A stretch of DNA of 62,873 bases, filler included, from Octopus bimaculoides (taxonomy: Eukaryota), in the NCBI RefSeq assembly GCF_001194135.2. It is 5 parts of 5 records of this genome, joined end to end, with 100 filler letters (N's around TTAATTAATTAA, not from the genome) between each part and the next. Parts side by side here need not be neighbours in the genome. Positions count along the whole stretch, not along the records: positions 1 to 24,969 come from NC_069005.1; 4 more parts are not named here. One strand, given 5' to 3'. Shown piece by piece: positions 1 to 10,976 of the stretch. Positions within the stretch are counted from its first letter, which is position 1. Each line of letters starts with the position of its first letter. A program made the translations under genes and the position numbers. The notes under the pieces are model-generated. The model was not told the origin of the DNA. It saw nothing but the letters and a program-made list of their open reading frames with translations, and searched no databases.

Positions 1-224
1 AAAATAAATGGAAGTGGAGAGACAAGTTACTGAAGAGATTGCAAGAGTGCAATGAAATAATTTAACAAAAAACTATATAAATTAATAAAGGACTGAACCA
101 GTGCGTGTGTTTATTACCGGCATAATGCCTCTCCCAAGGTTTAATTGTATTTCTTTCAACACACGTATCCATATCAAGAATCTTGCACACGAAATACACA
201 TACGAAATATATATATATATATTT

Positions 225-400
225 CTATATATGTGTGTGTTTCTTTGTGTCTGTGTTTGTCCTTCACCAACACTTGACAGCCAGCATTGGTGTTTCCATT
301 CCCATAACTTAGCAGTTCAGCAAAAGTGACCAATAAAATAAGCACCAGGCTTTAAAAAAAAAAAGGACTGGGATAGATTCATTAGACTGAAAATTATTTA
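225..400 (+). mobile_element. 3' half of abundant tRNA-derived SINE (family A)
   Basis: Matches the 3' body of the full copy at 1673-2055 (tgtctgtgtttgtcc...cttgaca...aacttagc.gttc.gcaaaag...aataag.ac.aggct). Confidence 0.7.
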
Positions 401-584
401 AAACGGAAGATAAAAGGTAAAACATGTACTCCTCGATACCGAATAATCGTATGAAATATATCAGAAAGCAATAAAACGAACTTGTAAATTGACTAAATAT
501 GAATTTCTCATCAAAAACTGTCCTACTATGAGGAAAGCCCTCAGGAAAGTCCTCTGAATGGGCAAGTTTTTGATTTCTGCTGCA

Positions 585-700
585 CAGTAGAAACTCTGCC
601 AAATCAGATTGGAGCCTGGCATAGCCATCGGGTTTCACCATTCCTCAGTGAAATCGTCCAACCCATGCTAGCATGGAAAGGGGATGTTAAACGATGATGA
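585..700 (+). mobile_element. Retroposon 3' tail fragment ending in (GAT)n (RTE-type tail)
   Basis: ...ccaacccatgctagcatggaa...gttaaacgatgatga. The same tail recurs at about 32485-32590 (+), 41020-41230 (-) and 18400-18480 (+). Confidence 0.6.
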
Positions 701-1438
701 GGACAGTAAAAACATCAGCACTTTAAGAGGAAAAAAATGTAGACAATGTGTCTGCTGGCTTAACACGGCTGGAAGGCAAGCAGTAAAATATCTGCTTTCT
801 CTTTCTTGGCCATTCACTCATTTGTTTTGTCCTGCATTTTGTTGACACTCCTTTCTCGCAAACAATAGAATACAAAGAAAATAACACCACTGCTCCTTAT
901 TATGACTGAAAGTAAGCAGGAAAAAATTTTCTTTCTTTGCCTTTCTTTTCTGTTGACCATTTTATTACTAAGAAATGAAGGAATGCAAAAATAAAAGTAA
1001 ATACGACTACAATGAATCTAGCGAAAATTATCAATAATCAATTCTATATTACACAAAAGGTATTTATCATGGAAAAATAGTAAGGCATGCAGTGCATACG
1101 TAGACCTTTTGCCCCTGATGTGTGTATACCACACTGCCCTAACTCTTCGAAACGCTTAATTTTAGAATGGTGGCAGCTGATGAAGGAAATGTTCTCTATG
1201 TGGCCTGTGTGTTTTCTGTGCTCTGTTTATGTTCTGTTTTTCATTTTGTCCACGTTTTTTTTGTAACGTCCTGTACCCAGATATGCATCTATATATACAT
1301 GTAGATGTAGGTATGTACATACATGTACGTATATATGCATATACTCACATATTATTTGTATTATATAAATATATATATATATATATATAATGCACGAGAC
1401 TTTCAGCTCTTGAGTAACTCTGTAATTTCTGCCATTTA

Positions 1439-1470
<32 letters not shown>

Positions 1471-1672
1471 CTCATTTTGAGTTTTGTTTTGCTGCTTGCA
1501 TCATCAAACCAATGTCGAGGCATGCATCACTTTGTGGTTAATGTTAGTTTATATGAATGACGGTGCACGAACGAGCTGAAAGGAGAGCAGGGTCCGCGCA
1601 TACCTTAAGTTAACGTTAGTAATTAGTGCCAAGACATGCGAGGAAACTTGAAAGAAAAATAAATATTAGCTC

Positions 1673-2055
1673 GGAGTGGCTGTGTAGTAAGTAGCTTGAT
1701 TACCAACCACATGGTTCCGGGTTCAGTCCCATTGCGTTGCATCTTGAGCAAGTGTCTTCTACTGTAGCCTCGGGCCGACCAAAGCCTTGTGAGTGGATTT
1801 GGTAGACGGAAACTGAAAGAAGCCCGTCGTATATATTTATATGTGTGTGTGTTTGTGTGTCTGTGTTTGTCCCATCAACATTGCTTGACAACCACGGCTG
1901 GTGTGGTTCTGTCCCCGTAACTTAGCGGCTCGGCAAAAGAGACCGATAGAATAAGTACTAGGCTTACAAAGAATAAGTCCCGGGGTCGATTTGCTCGACT
2001 AAAGGCAGTGCTTCAGCATGGCCACAGTCAAATGACTGAAACAAGTAAAAGAAGA
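1673..2055 (+). mobile_element. Full-length tRNA-derived SINE, family A (~380 bp, internal TA/TG microsatellite)
   Basis: Head ggagtggctgtgtagtaag (A-box-like) and ggttcagtccc (B-box-like), A-rich tail aaatgactgaaacaagtaaaagaag. At least 12 related copies occur in the window. Confidence 0.9.
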
Positions 2056-2239
2056 AAAAAAAGTATTTTATTTTACCCCTCCCCTGTTACTGTATCGGTT
2101 TTCACCTGTTATCTTTTACGTGTTTCCGTCATTAGACTGCGGTCATGCTGGGGCACAGCCTAGAAGAATTTTTAGTCGAATGAATTGACCCCATTATTTA
2201 CAATTGACAGATATTTGTCCTCATCTTGTTTGTTGTTAG

Positions 2240-2283
2240 CACAACGTTTCGGCTGATATACCCTCCAGCCTTCATCAGGTGTC
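2240..2283 (-). ncRNA. Minimal type-I hammerhead ribozyme motif, core intact
   Basis: Minus strand reads GACAC-CUGAUGA-A-GGCUG-gaggguauau-CAGCC-GAAAC-GUU/GUG. Stem II GGCUG/CAGCC, stem I CAC/GUG, palindromic stem III AACGUU. Confidence 0.7.
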
Positions 2284-2638
2284 TTGGGGAAATTTAGAAC
2301 CTGGGTTCTCATTCCTAAGGTATTTTTCTATGTTGTTGTTGTTGTTGTTGTTGCTGTTGTTGTTTTTTGCTGTTGTTTTTTGTTGTTGTTTTTGTTGTTG
2401 CTGTTGTTGTTGTCATTGTTGTTGTTCAGGCCACTGCCTGGAATCGAACTCGGAATCTTGGGATTAGTAGCCCGTGCTCTTAGTCACTACGCCAAATACC
2501 CACGGACATATGGCATAGTGTTTAAGAGCGCGGTCTACTAACCCCAAGATTCCGAGTTCGATTCCAGGCAGTGACCTGAATACTAATAACATCGAAAAAT
2601 ACCTTAGGAAGGAGAACCCAGGTTCGAAATTTCCCCAA

Positions 2639-2682
2639 GACACCTGATGAAGGCTGGAGGGTATATCAGCCGAAATGTTGTG
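2639..2682 (+). ncRNA. Minimal type-I hammerhead motif, mirror copy (C15.2 changed to U)
   Basis: gacac-ctgatga-a-ggctg-gagggtatat-cagcc-gaaa-t-gtt-gtg. Identical to the left-arm motif except one CpG-type transition. Confidence 0.6.
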
Positions 2683-2938
2683 CTAATAACAAACAAGATG
2701 AGGACAAATATCTGTCAATTGTAAATAATGTAAATAATGTACATAATTCCTCATCTCTTAAACATAGAACTGAATTGACCTGAGTATTTACCTTTTGGTT
2801 AAACCTGATGCTTATTCTATCGGGCCACATTTTGCCGAACTGCTAAGTCACGGGGACGTAAACGCACCAACACCGGTTGTCCAGCGGTGGTGAGGAACAA
2901 ACATGAACACAGACATACACATAGATATTAAAAAAAAA

Positions 2939-2972
<34 letters not shown>

Positions 2973-3943
2973 AGTGTGCTTCTTTTTCGGATATATGATA
3001 CATTGACGCTGGGCTTCCTTCCGTTTCCATCTACCAAATCCACTCACAAGACTTTGGTCGACCCGTGGCTATAGTCGAAGACACTTGCCCAGGGTGTCAC
3101 GCAATGGGAGTGAACCTGGAACCATGTCGTTGTGAAGCAAGTTTCTTAACACACAGGTGTAGTTTTCTTCATTTTTATGCTTTTGAATATATTCGCTGTG
3201 ACCGATGTAAAATCGGATAAATCGACTGAAACGGAGGTTTATTTATTTATTTATTTTATCGTTTTACCGTTAGTGACTGAAGTCGAAAACCATGTGACTC
3301 GAAACGACGTAAGTTGAGGTATGGTTGTATAAGAGAGACAGTTAAAACAACATGCACGGTGCGCGCCGCACACACCACCCATATACGTTAGTCGCGTACG
3401 TGCTTGTACATAGAGCTGCTGCACAAACTTGAAAATCATATGCAGATGCACACGTAACAGCCAGATCTCCGCATGAATACGCTACACACAGACACGCGCG
3501 CGTGTCTGTGTATATAAGAACTGACCCGACCTGTGACGACTCCGCCCAGCCAACGTCAGCACGAAAAGAAAACCGCAACTGATGACGGCGATACCCCCCC
3601 ACCATTTGTGTGTGTGTGTAGGCGTGTATGTTGAATGCTCGAAATGAGGAGTAGAGGGACAGTCGACAACTGACGAGGGGGGGTCCTTTCTCTCTGTTTA
3701 CTTGTCCTGTTTTCCATTCTTTTCTCGCTGCTTACGTATTTAACTCGTTTGTTTACGTGTTTCGTGTTGTTTGAACCGTTGGTGACGTCCTGTACCCATA
3801 TATGCATGTGTAAATATATATATATATACACATACTATATTTTATTAACTATCATATATATATATATATTTATATATATATATATCGTTTGTAGAAAAAA
3901 GATAAATCCGGAGGAGAAGCACACTCTAAGATGTAGAGCGGTT

Positions 3944-4073
3944 AATATCATAATGGGAGAGGCCGGTTTATGGAGTTATCCTGAGTCTCCAGGCCATACG
4001 CCGTAAGGCCAAACCCTTTTTGGACGGGAAACCCATGGTGACCCCATAAACCGGCCTCTCCCATTGTAATATA
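3944..4073. repeat. 130-bp fold-back element with 22-bp perfect inverted arms
   Basis: aatgggagaggccggtttatgg (3952-3973) is the exact reverse complement of 4044-4065. The arms extend imperfectly to about 34 bp. Confidence 0.85.
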
Positions 4074-4636
4074 TATATATATATATATATACACATACAC
4101 ACACACACACACACGCACTGACATGCACATACACATACACAATGTATGCCAAACATTGATGAGAAAACCGTAAAACAGGTGCTTCTTGGAAATGCAGTGG
4201 GAGACCAGTGATTCACCTGTTGGGAATTGCTAACCAACGACGCTATAGTTCACCTATTGCATTAGAAAATAAATTAAAAATCCATCCATCTTTATATATA
4301 TATATATNNNNNNNNNNNNNNNNNNNNNNNNNNNNNNNNNNNNNNNNNNNNNNNNNNNNNNNNNNNNNNNNNNNNNNNNNNNNNNNNNNNNNNNNNNNNN
4401 NNNNNNNNNNNNNNNNNNNNNNNNNNNNNNNNNNNNNNNNNNNNNNNNNNNNNNNNNNNNNNNNNNNNNNNNNNNNNNNNNNNNNNNNNNNNNNNACACA
4501 CAGCTATCCTAACATACACGCAAAACTACACCTAAACACATACACACACATGTATCAAGTCCAACAAGCAATCCTGGCATTCACACAAACGTACACTTAT
4601 AAACATATGCATAAATACATACATATGCATGTATGA

Positions 4637-4667
<31 letters not shown>

Positions 4668-4708
4668 TGTATGTATGAATGTATGTATATGTATGTATGT
4701 ATGTATGA

Positions 4709-4739
<31 letters not shown>

Positions 4740-4827
4740 TGTATATGTATGTATGTATATATGTATGTATGTACACACACATATACGTAGTCCATCCCAC
4801 ATGTACATGTATAAATATTTGCATGTC

Positions 4828-4940
4828 CATTATTCAGTTTTACTTCAAGATTTCTTGCCAATAGAGAAAGAGCCGGCTTCTAACCTAGATTCAAGGCTCC
4901 TTCATTGGAATTTCGACATCAACAACAGTGTATTTTTGTG
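4828..4940 (-). mobile_element. ~110-bp retroposon 3' end embedded in (TATG)n/(CATA)n
   Basis: Reverse complement matches 28640-28747 along its length. Tetranucleotide arrays lie on both sides. Confidence 0.7.
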
Positions 4941-4946
4941 TGAATG

Positions 4947-4977
<31 letters not shown>

Positions 4978-6614
4978 GTATGTATGTGTATGTATGTATG
5001 TATGTATGTATGTGTGTGTATGTATGTGTGTGTGTATGTATGTATGTACATGCGCAGATTTGTATGTTTTGTTTTACGTATTTTCGTGTGCAGATTTGTG
5101 CGTGTGTATATATGTATGTATGTACGTCTGTATGTATAACATTTCAGTAATTGCAACAGTGATTATAACCATCATTTCAGTAATTACGACAATTCAGTAA
5201 TTGATTCTAAATTTGAGTCTCTTGAAAACAAAGATATGCACAAAATCACATGCGCGTATGACATGCACACACAAGTAAGAATAGTACTAAATTTGACATC
5301 CACTTAAGTGACATGTACATCTAGATGATTGTAAGTGTATCCACACACATACACACACACACACACGCGCACACAAATTCATTGGAACATTGATTAATTA
5401 CTGGAATTGTCTCTTCACTTCGTTCGCGACCGGCTTGATTTCTGCGAATTAACAACTTATATAAATCTCTAAGAAAAACATCATTCCACACACACACACA
5501 CACACACACATACATAAATACGCAGGCACACGTGTGTATTACTAAATTAGCATACACACCAACTGCATGACTGCAAGTTTATTTACATATGCACATTCAC
5601 ACATGTATATATATATATACAAACGCATTCATTCACATATATACATTCATACCCGTAAATACTCATCCATGCTATACACACACACACAGCTACACCCGTA
5701 CACACCCATACATCCATCCATTCACATAAATCATTTATCCATCCATATATATATATAAGANNNNNNNNNNNNNNNNNNNNNNNNNNNNNNNNNNNNNNNN
5801 NNNNNNNNNNNNNNNNNNNNNNNNNNNNNNNNNNNNNNNNNNNNNNNNNNNNNNNNNNNNNNNNNNNNNNNNNNNNNNNNNNNNNNNNNNNNNNNNNNNN
5901 NNNNNNNNNNNNNNNNNNNNNNNNNNNNNNNNNNNNNNNNNNNNNNNNNNNNNNNNNNNNNNNNNNNNNNNNNNNNNNNNNNNNNNNNNNNNNNNNNNNN
6001 NNNNNNNNNNNNNNNNNNNNNNNNNNNNNNNNNNNNNNNNNNNNNNNNNNNNNNNNNNNNNNNNNNNNNNNNNNNNNNNNNNNNNNNNNNNNNNNNNNNN
6101 NNNNNNNNNNNNNNNNNNNNNNNNNNNNNNNNNNNNNNNNNNNNNNNNNNNNNNNNNNNNNNNNNNNNNNNNNNNNNNNNNNNNNNNNNNNNNNNNNNNN
6201 NNNNNNNNNNNNNNNNNNNNNNNNNNNNNNNNNNNNNNNNNNNNNNNNNNNNNNNNNNNNNNNNNNNNNNNNNNNNNNNNNNNNNNNNNNNNNNNNNNNN
6301 NNNNNNNNNNNNNNNNNNNNNNNNNNNNNNNNNNNNNNNNNNNNNNNNNNNNNNNNNNNNNNNNNNNNNNNNNNNNNNNNNNNNNNNNNNNNNNNNNNNN
6401 NNNNNNNNNNNNNNNNNNNNNNNNNNNNNNNNNNNNNNNNNNNNNNNNNNNNNNNNNNNNNNNNNNNNNNNNNNNNNNNNNNNGATTGTGTGGTAGTAGC
6501 AGACGTAGTATTGCTGGTAGTAGAGGTGGTGGTGGTAGTAGTACAACCGCCAACACCACCAGCCGTGTTAGCAGCAGCAGTATCAGTATTGGTGGTGATG
6601 TTGGTGGTAGTGGC

Positions 6615-6666
<52 letters not shown>

Positions 6667-7058
6667 CCATCATCAACAGAAGTGACAACTGTGGTAGTAG
6701 TAGTGGTGGTTGTAGTAGTTGTAGTGGTGTGATGATAGTAAGTGGTTGGGTGGTGGTGGTGCGATGAGCAGGGGAAGACTACAGAGATAAGAGAAAATAA
6801 GTCCTAATTGAGTTGTACTTTTTTTTTTTTGGAGCAACCACCTCCACCACCATCACCAGCCAATGAGTTGGGGGCAGGGTTGTTTTACAGCAGAAGTTCT
6901 CAAACTTTTTGGGCCACCCCCACCTCATGGCCACGTAATACCCTCAGCGCCCCCACCCCTGTTCTTATGTATAAATAAATATTTTATATTTTACTAATTT
7001 ATATATATACTAGGAATCATTTGATATTTAACATAATATATTATTTGTATACATTAAG

Positions 7059-7363
7059 GCGCAGGAGTGGCTGTGTGGTAAGTAGCTTGCTTACCGACCA
7101 CATGGTTCCGGGTTCAGTCCCACTGCGTGGCACCTTGGGCAAGTGTCTTCTACTATAGCCTCGAGCCGACCAAAGCCTTGTGAGTGGATTTGGTAGACGG
7201 AAACTGAAAGAAGCCCGTCGTATATATGTATATATATGTGTGTTTGTGTTTGTGTTTGTCCCCCCCAACATTGCTTGACAACCGATGCTGGTATGTTTAC
7301 GTCCCCGTAACTTAGCGGTTCGGCAAAAGAGACCGATAGAATAAGTACTAGGCTTACAAAGAA
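7059..7363 (+). mobile_element. Family A SINE, truncated by gap
   Basis: Near-identical to 1673-1975, with an intact head ggcgcaggagtggctgtgtggtaag. Confidence 0.9.
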
Positions 7364-8164
7364 NNNNNNNNNNNNNNNNNNNNNNNNNNNNNNNNNNNNN
7401 NNNNNNNNNNNNNNNNNNNNNNNNNNNNNNNNNNNNNNNNNNNNNNNNNNNNNNNNNNNNNNNNNNNNNNNNNNNNNNNNNNNNNNNNNNNNNNNNNNNN
7501 NNNNNNNNNNNNNNNNNNNNNNNNNNNNNNNNNNNNNNNNNNNNNNNNNNNNNNNNNNNNNNNNNNNNNNNNNNNNNNNNNNNNNNNNNNNNNNNNNNNN
7601 NNNNNNNNNNNNNNNNNNNNNNNNNNNNNNNNNNNNNNNNNNNNNNNNNNNNNNNNNNNNNNNNNNNNNNNNNNNNNNNNNNNNNNNNNNNNNNNNNNNN
7701 NNNNNNNNNNNNNNNNNNNNNNNNNNNNNNNNNNNNNNNNNNNNNNNNNNNNNNNNNNNNNNNNNNNNNNNNNNNNNNNNNNNNNNNNNNNNNNNNNNNN
7801 NNNNNNNNNNNNNNNNNNNNNNNNNNNNNNNNNNNNNNNNNNNNNNNNNNNNNNNNNNNNNNNNNNNNNNNNNNNNNNNNNNNNNNNNNNNNNNNNNNNN
7901 NNNNNNNNNNNNNNNNNNNNNNNNNNNNNNNNNNNNNNNNNNNNNNNNNNNNNNNNNNNNNNNNNNNNNNNNNNNNNNNNNNNNNNNNNNNNNNNNNNNN
8001 NNNNNNNNNNNNNNNNNNNNNNNNNNNNNNNNNNNNNNNNNNNNNNNNNNNNNNNNNNNNNNNNNNNNNNNNNNNNNNNNNNNNNNNNNNNNNNNNNNNN
8101 NNNNNNNNNNNNNNNNNNNNNNNNNNNNNNNNNNNNNNNNNNNNNNNNNNNNNNNNNNNNNNNN

Positions 8165-8487
8165 NTCTGAACAGCCATGCTACAAGGCAGTGAAGCATGG
8201 GCTGTGACAGCTGAGGACATGCATAGGCTTGTAAGAAATGAAGCCAGTATGCTCCGCTGGATGTGTAATGTCAGTGTGCATGCACGACAAATTGTAAGCG
8301 TCCTGAGAGAAAAGTTGGACATGAGAAGCATCAGAAGTGGCGTGCAAGAGAGGCAACTGTGTTGGTATGGCCATGTAATGCATATGGACGAGGACAGCTG
8401 TGTGAAGCAGTGTCGCACTTTAATGGTAGAGGGAACCTGTGGAAGAAGTAGACCCAAGAAGACATGGGATGAGGTGGTGAAGCATGA
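8165..8487 (+). pseudogene. RTE-clade LINE ORF C-terminal fragment
   Basis: GSEAWAVTAEDMHRLVRNEASMLRWMCNV...LREKL...RQLCWYGHVMHM...GRSRPKKTWDEVVK is typical of the post-RT region of RTE elements. Confidence 0.85.
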
Positions 8488-8789
8488 AAAGAAATATGCA
8501 AAGAAAAACCAATAGTAATTGGAGCATTAGGTACGATTAGGAAAAAATATGGGTAAAGAAAACTACTGATAGTAATTAGAGCATCAGATATGATTTAAAA
8601 CAATATGAAAAGAAACATGAAAGCCTTTTTGAGGCTCACATCACTAAACATTGTCCTCGAAATACTGTATTTGCCAGCACAGTAGTGGTGTGACTTTCAT
8701 ATAAGTCACACCACTATTTTACAAGGATATTTTGCAGAAAAATACAATTTTAGTAGGTTTCATTATACATTTACTCTTTTAATTGTTTC

Positions 8790-9158
8790 AGTCATCAGGA
8801 GAGCTGAGAATTGAAATCGCTAAGATATGGCAGCTACGAGAGTCAACCATAAAGGTTATCCCTATTGTCATCGGAGCATTGGGTTCGATACCACCCAACC
8901 TGAAAACAAAAACATCTGGAAACTTTAGAAATACCCTACAATCTAGGTGTATTGCAAAAGTCGGCATTACTTGGAACTGAACGCATATTGTGTGAAGTAC
9001 TGAATGTCTGAGGTCCTTGTTGTGACTTGACAAACAGTACAAACCCCCCATAGACACAATATCTTCAATCAACAACCTCACGATATTGTATACTGTGCAA
9101 TGTCTATAATAATAATAATAATAATAATGATAATAATAATAATAATAATAATAATAAT
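8790..9158 (+). pseudogene. 3' end of restriction-like-endonuclease non-LTR retrotransposon (R4/Dong/NeSL-type) with (TAA)n tail
   Basis: ELRIEIAKIWQL...VIPIVIGALG, then after a frameshift LQKSALLGT-like; 3' UTR followed by (TAA)n at 9106-9158. A short PIVIGALG piece also occurs near 8505-8540. Confidence 0.8.
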
Positions 9159-10139
9159 CCACTTACTGACTGTTTATCTAATCTAAAGTATTTTACTGGT
9201 AAGAAATAAAAAGTCATGTTAAATGAAAGTACATCTGTGTGTTGGTATTAGATAATTATTTAATTGAAGATAGTGTACAAAATAACAAAGATTTGGGTAC
9301 TGGGTCATACGGATGGTATGGGGGAAACAAAAATGTAAATGAATTAGCAAAAACAAAAACAAAAAAAATCAAAGAAAAACATTTGAGTGCAAAAAGACGT
9401 AACTGATATAGTAAAATAGAGTATTGTCTTGAGGCCTATGAAGGACCCTTGGAGCTGGTTACATAGTTTCCTTGGCATATAAATGACCGAGAACACAACC
9501 GTCTCCTTGAAAAGGATGCCAGACCATCACAAGATTACTCATTTACAGAAGAGTGGACAATGGGAAATGGTGTGTTTTGCTGAAGAACATAGCATGGGAA
9601 TTGAAACCATGACCTTGCAATTTTATGTGCAACACCCTAGCCACTAAGCCACGCACCTTAATGCAACTGATGTAGATTATATTCCTAATTTATCTGAAGC
9701 AAAATCATTTACGGAAAGAAGAGTAGTAAAAACAATATTCATTAAAATCAACAGATGAACTATCAAACTTTAATCCTTAATCAGATTTATCGTAAGAAAA
9801 CTTATCAGTTATTGAATAATACAAATAAGTAATGTCTTTGTTGGCCCCAAACTGGTTGATATTCCTCTATGAATTATAAACTATAATTAGAAATATAACA
9901 TGGTGACAATTTACCCATCACACCATATATATATATGGTTATATAATTATAATATATGTTAAAAATTATACAGTTGACAAGGAAGCTTCATTAGCTTACA
10001 GCCGTTTGCTTTAAGAATGCAATGCCCTCCAAGTCGAGTGCTTATGTATCACCTTATAGCTTCATCAGAACTTTAAAAATGAAGTGCGATATATATCATC
10101 ATCATCATCATCATATATACATATATATATTTATATATA

Positions 10140-10227
10140 TATATATAAATTTAATGAATGGAGTAAAACGCATATGTTAACTGCAGTTAACATATGCGTT
10201 TTACTCCATTCATTAAATTTATATATA
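10140..10227. repeat. Perfect 88-bp palindrome with no spacer
   Basis: tatatataaatttaatgaatggagtaaaacgcatatgttaactg|cagttaacatatgcgttttactccattcattaaatttatatata, with the centre between 10183 and 10184. Confidence 0.95.
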
Positions 10228-10404
10228 CTCAAGTACCCAAAATAACAAGGAGTTTCTACCTCATAAACAGGAGTTACACCACAGTCATTTTGTGATCTTT
10301 GTTACCCTGGTATCTATTAACCATTTTATTTTGTCCGAGTTATTTATTAATTAGGAGAAAATAAATACATATAATAAAATATATATATATACATATACAC
10401 ACAT

Positions 10405-10561
10405 GACAGGCTTCCACACAGTTTTTTCCTACCAGATTCACATTCACAAGGCACTAGTTAGCTCAAGGCTATAGTAGAAAACACTTGCCCAAGGTGCCAC
10501 TCAGTGGGACTGAAACCATGTGGTTGCAAAACAAGCTTCTTCACCACACACCCATGCCTGC
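10405..10561 (-). mobile_element. Family A SINE 5' half
   Basis: Reverse complement of the SINE head and body (acacttgcccaaggtgccac...gggactgaa...accacac). Confidence 0.75.
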
Positions 10562-10926
10562 CCTTATTCTTATGTCTGTGCACATATCTAGGTCTATGAC
10601 GTATGTTAATTTTTGAATGTGTGTATGTTTATAGAGTGAGTGTCTGTGAATTTGCCTGTCTGTCTGTCTGAGTGTTATAACTAGATTCAGCTTTTGTTTA
10701 CAATTGTATAGTGCGAGAAATTTGATACTAAATATTTGGGTTGAAATTGTTGGGTGGGAAATGGGTATGTGTACCATTGCAGTCAAATGTGAATAAAAGA
10801 AAAAAACATAATAAGAGGGCAAAATGTATTCCTGAGTTTTAGATACAAAATGTGATGGTGGAGGCAGTGGTGGCAGTGATGGTGGTAGTAGTTGGGATGG
10901 TGTTGGTGGCAATGGTTGTAGTCACA

Positions 10927-10976
<50 letters not shown>

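Larger units (their letters stand above)
2191..2772. mobile_element. Palindromic non-autonomous element: two divergent tRNA-like heads, each followed by a hammerhead motif
   Basis: The left arm (2194-2500) is the reverse complement of the right arm (2503-2729), apart from a (GTT)n expansion. A/B boxes at 2511-2521 and 2556-2565 (+), and 2481-2494 and 2440-2449 (-). Right end ...taaacatagaactg; 8-bp direct repeat flanks. Confidence 0.85.
2105..3157 (-). mobile_element. Family A SINE split by insertion of the palindromic element
   Basis: Tail at 2105-2190, body and head at 2773-3157. Target sequence aattgacc is duplicated at 2183-2190 and 2773-2780. Confidence 0.8.

Noticed and set aside
1110-1160. 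ctgatg...cgaaacgc, possible hammerhead
   Set aside because: A9 is missing and no stem II can be formed, so it is too decayed to call. The same holds for ctgaagtc...gactcgaaacgacgta near 3278-3315.
2503-2575. tRNA-like sequence with A and B boxes
   Set aside because: It has no acceptor stem pairing and is embedded in a repeat, so it is a SINE-type head rather than a tRNA gene. The same applies to all other SINE heads.
6888-6960. cagcagaagttctcaaacttttt, hAT-like left end
   Set aside because: No matching right terminus or TSD was found before the next SINE and gap. The same applies to caggggctctcaaac near 57859.
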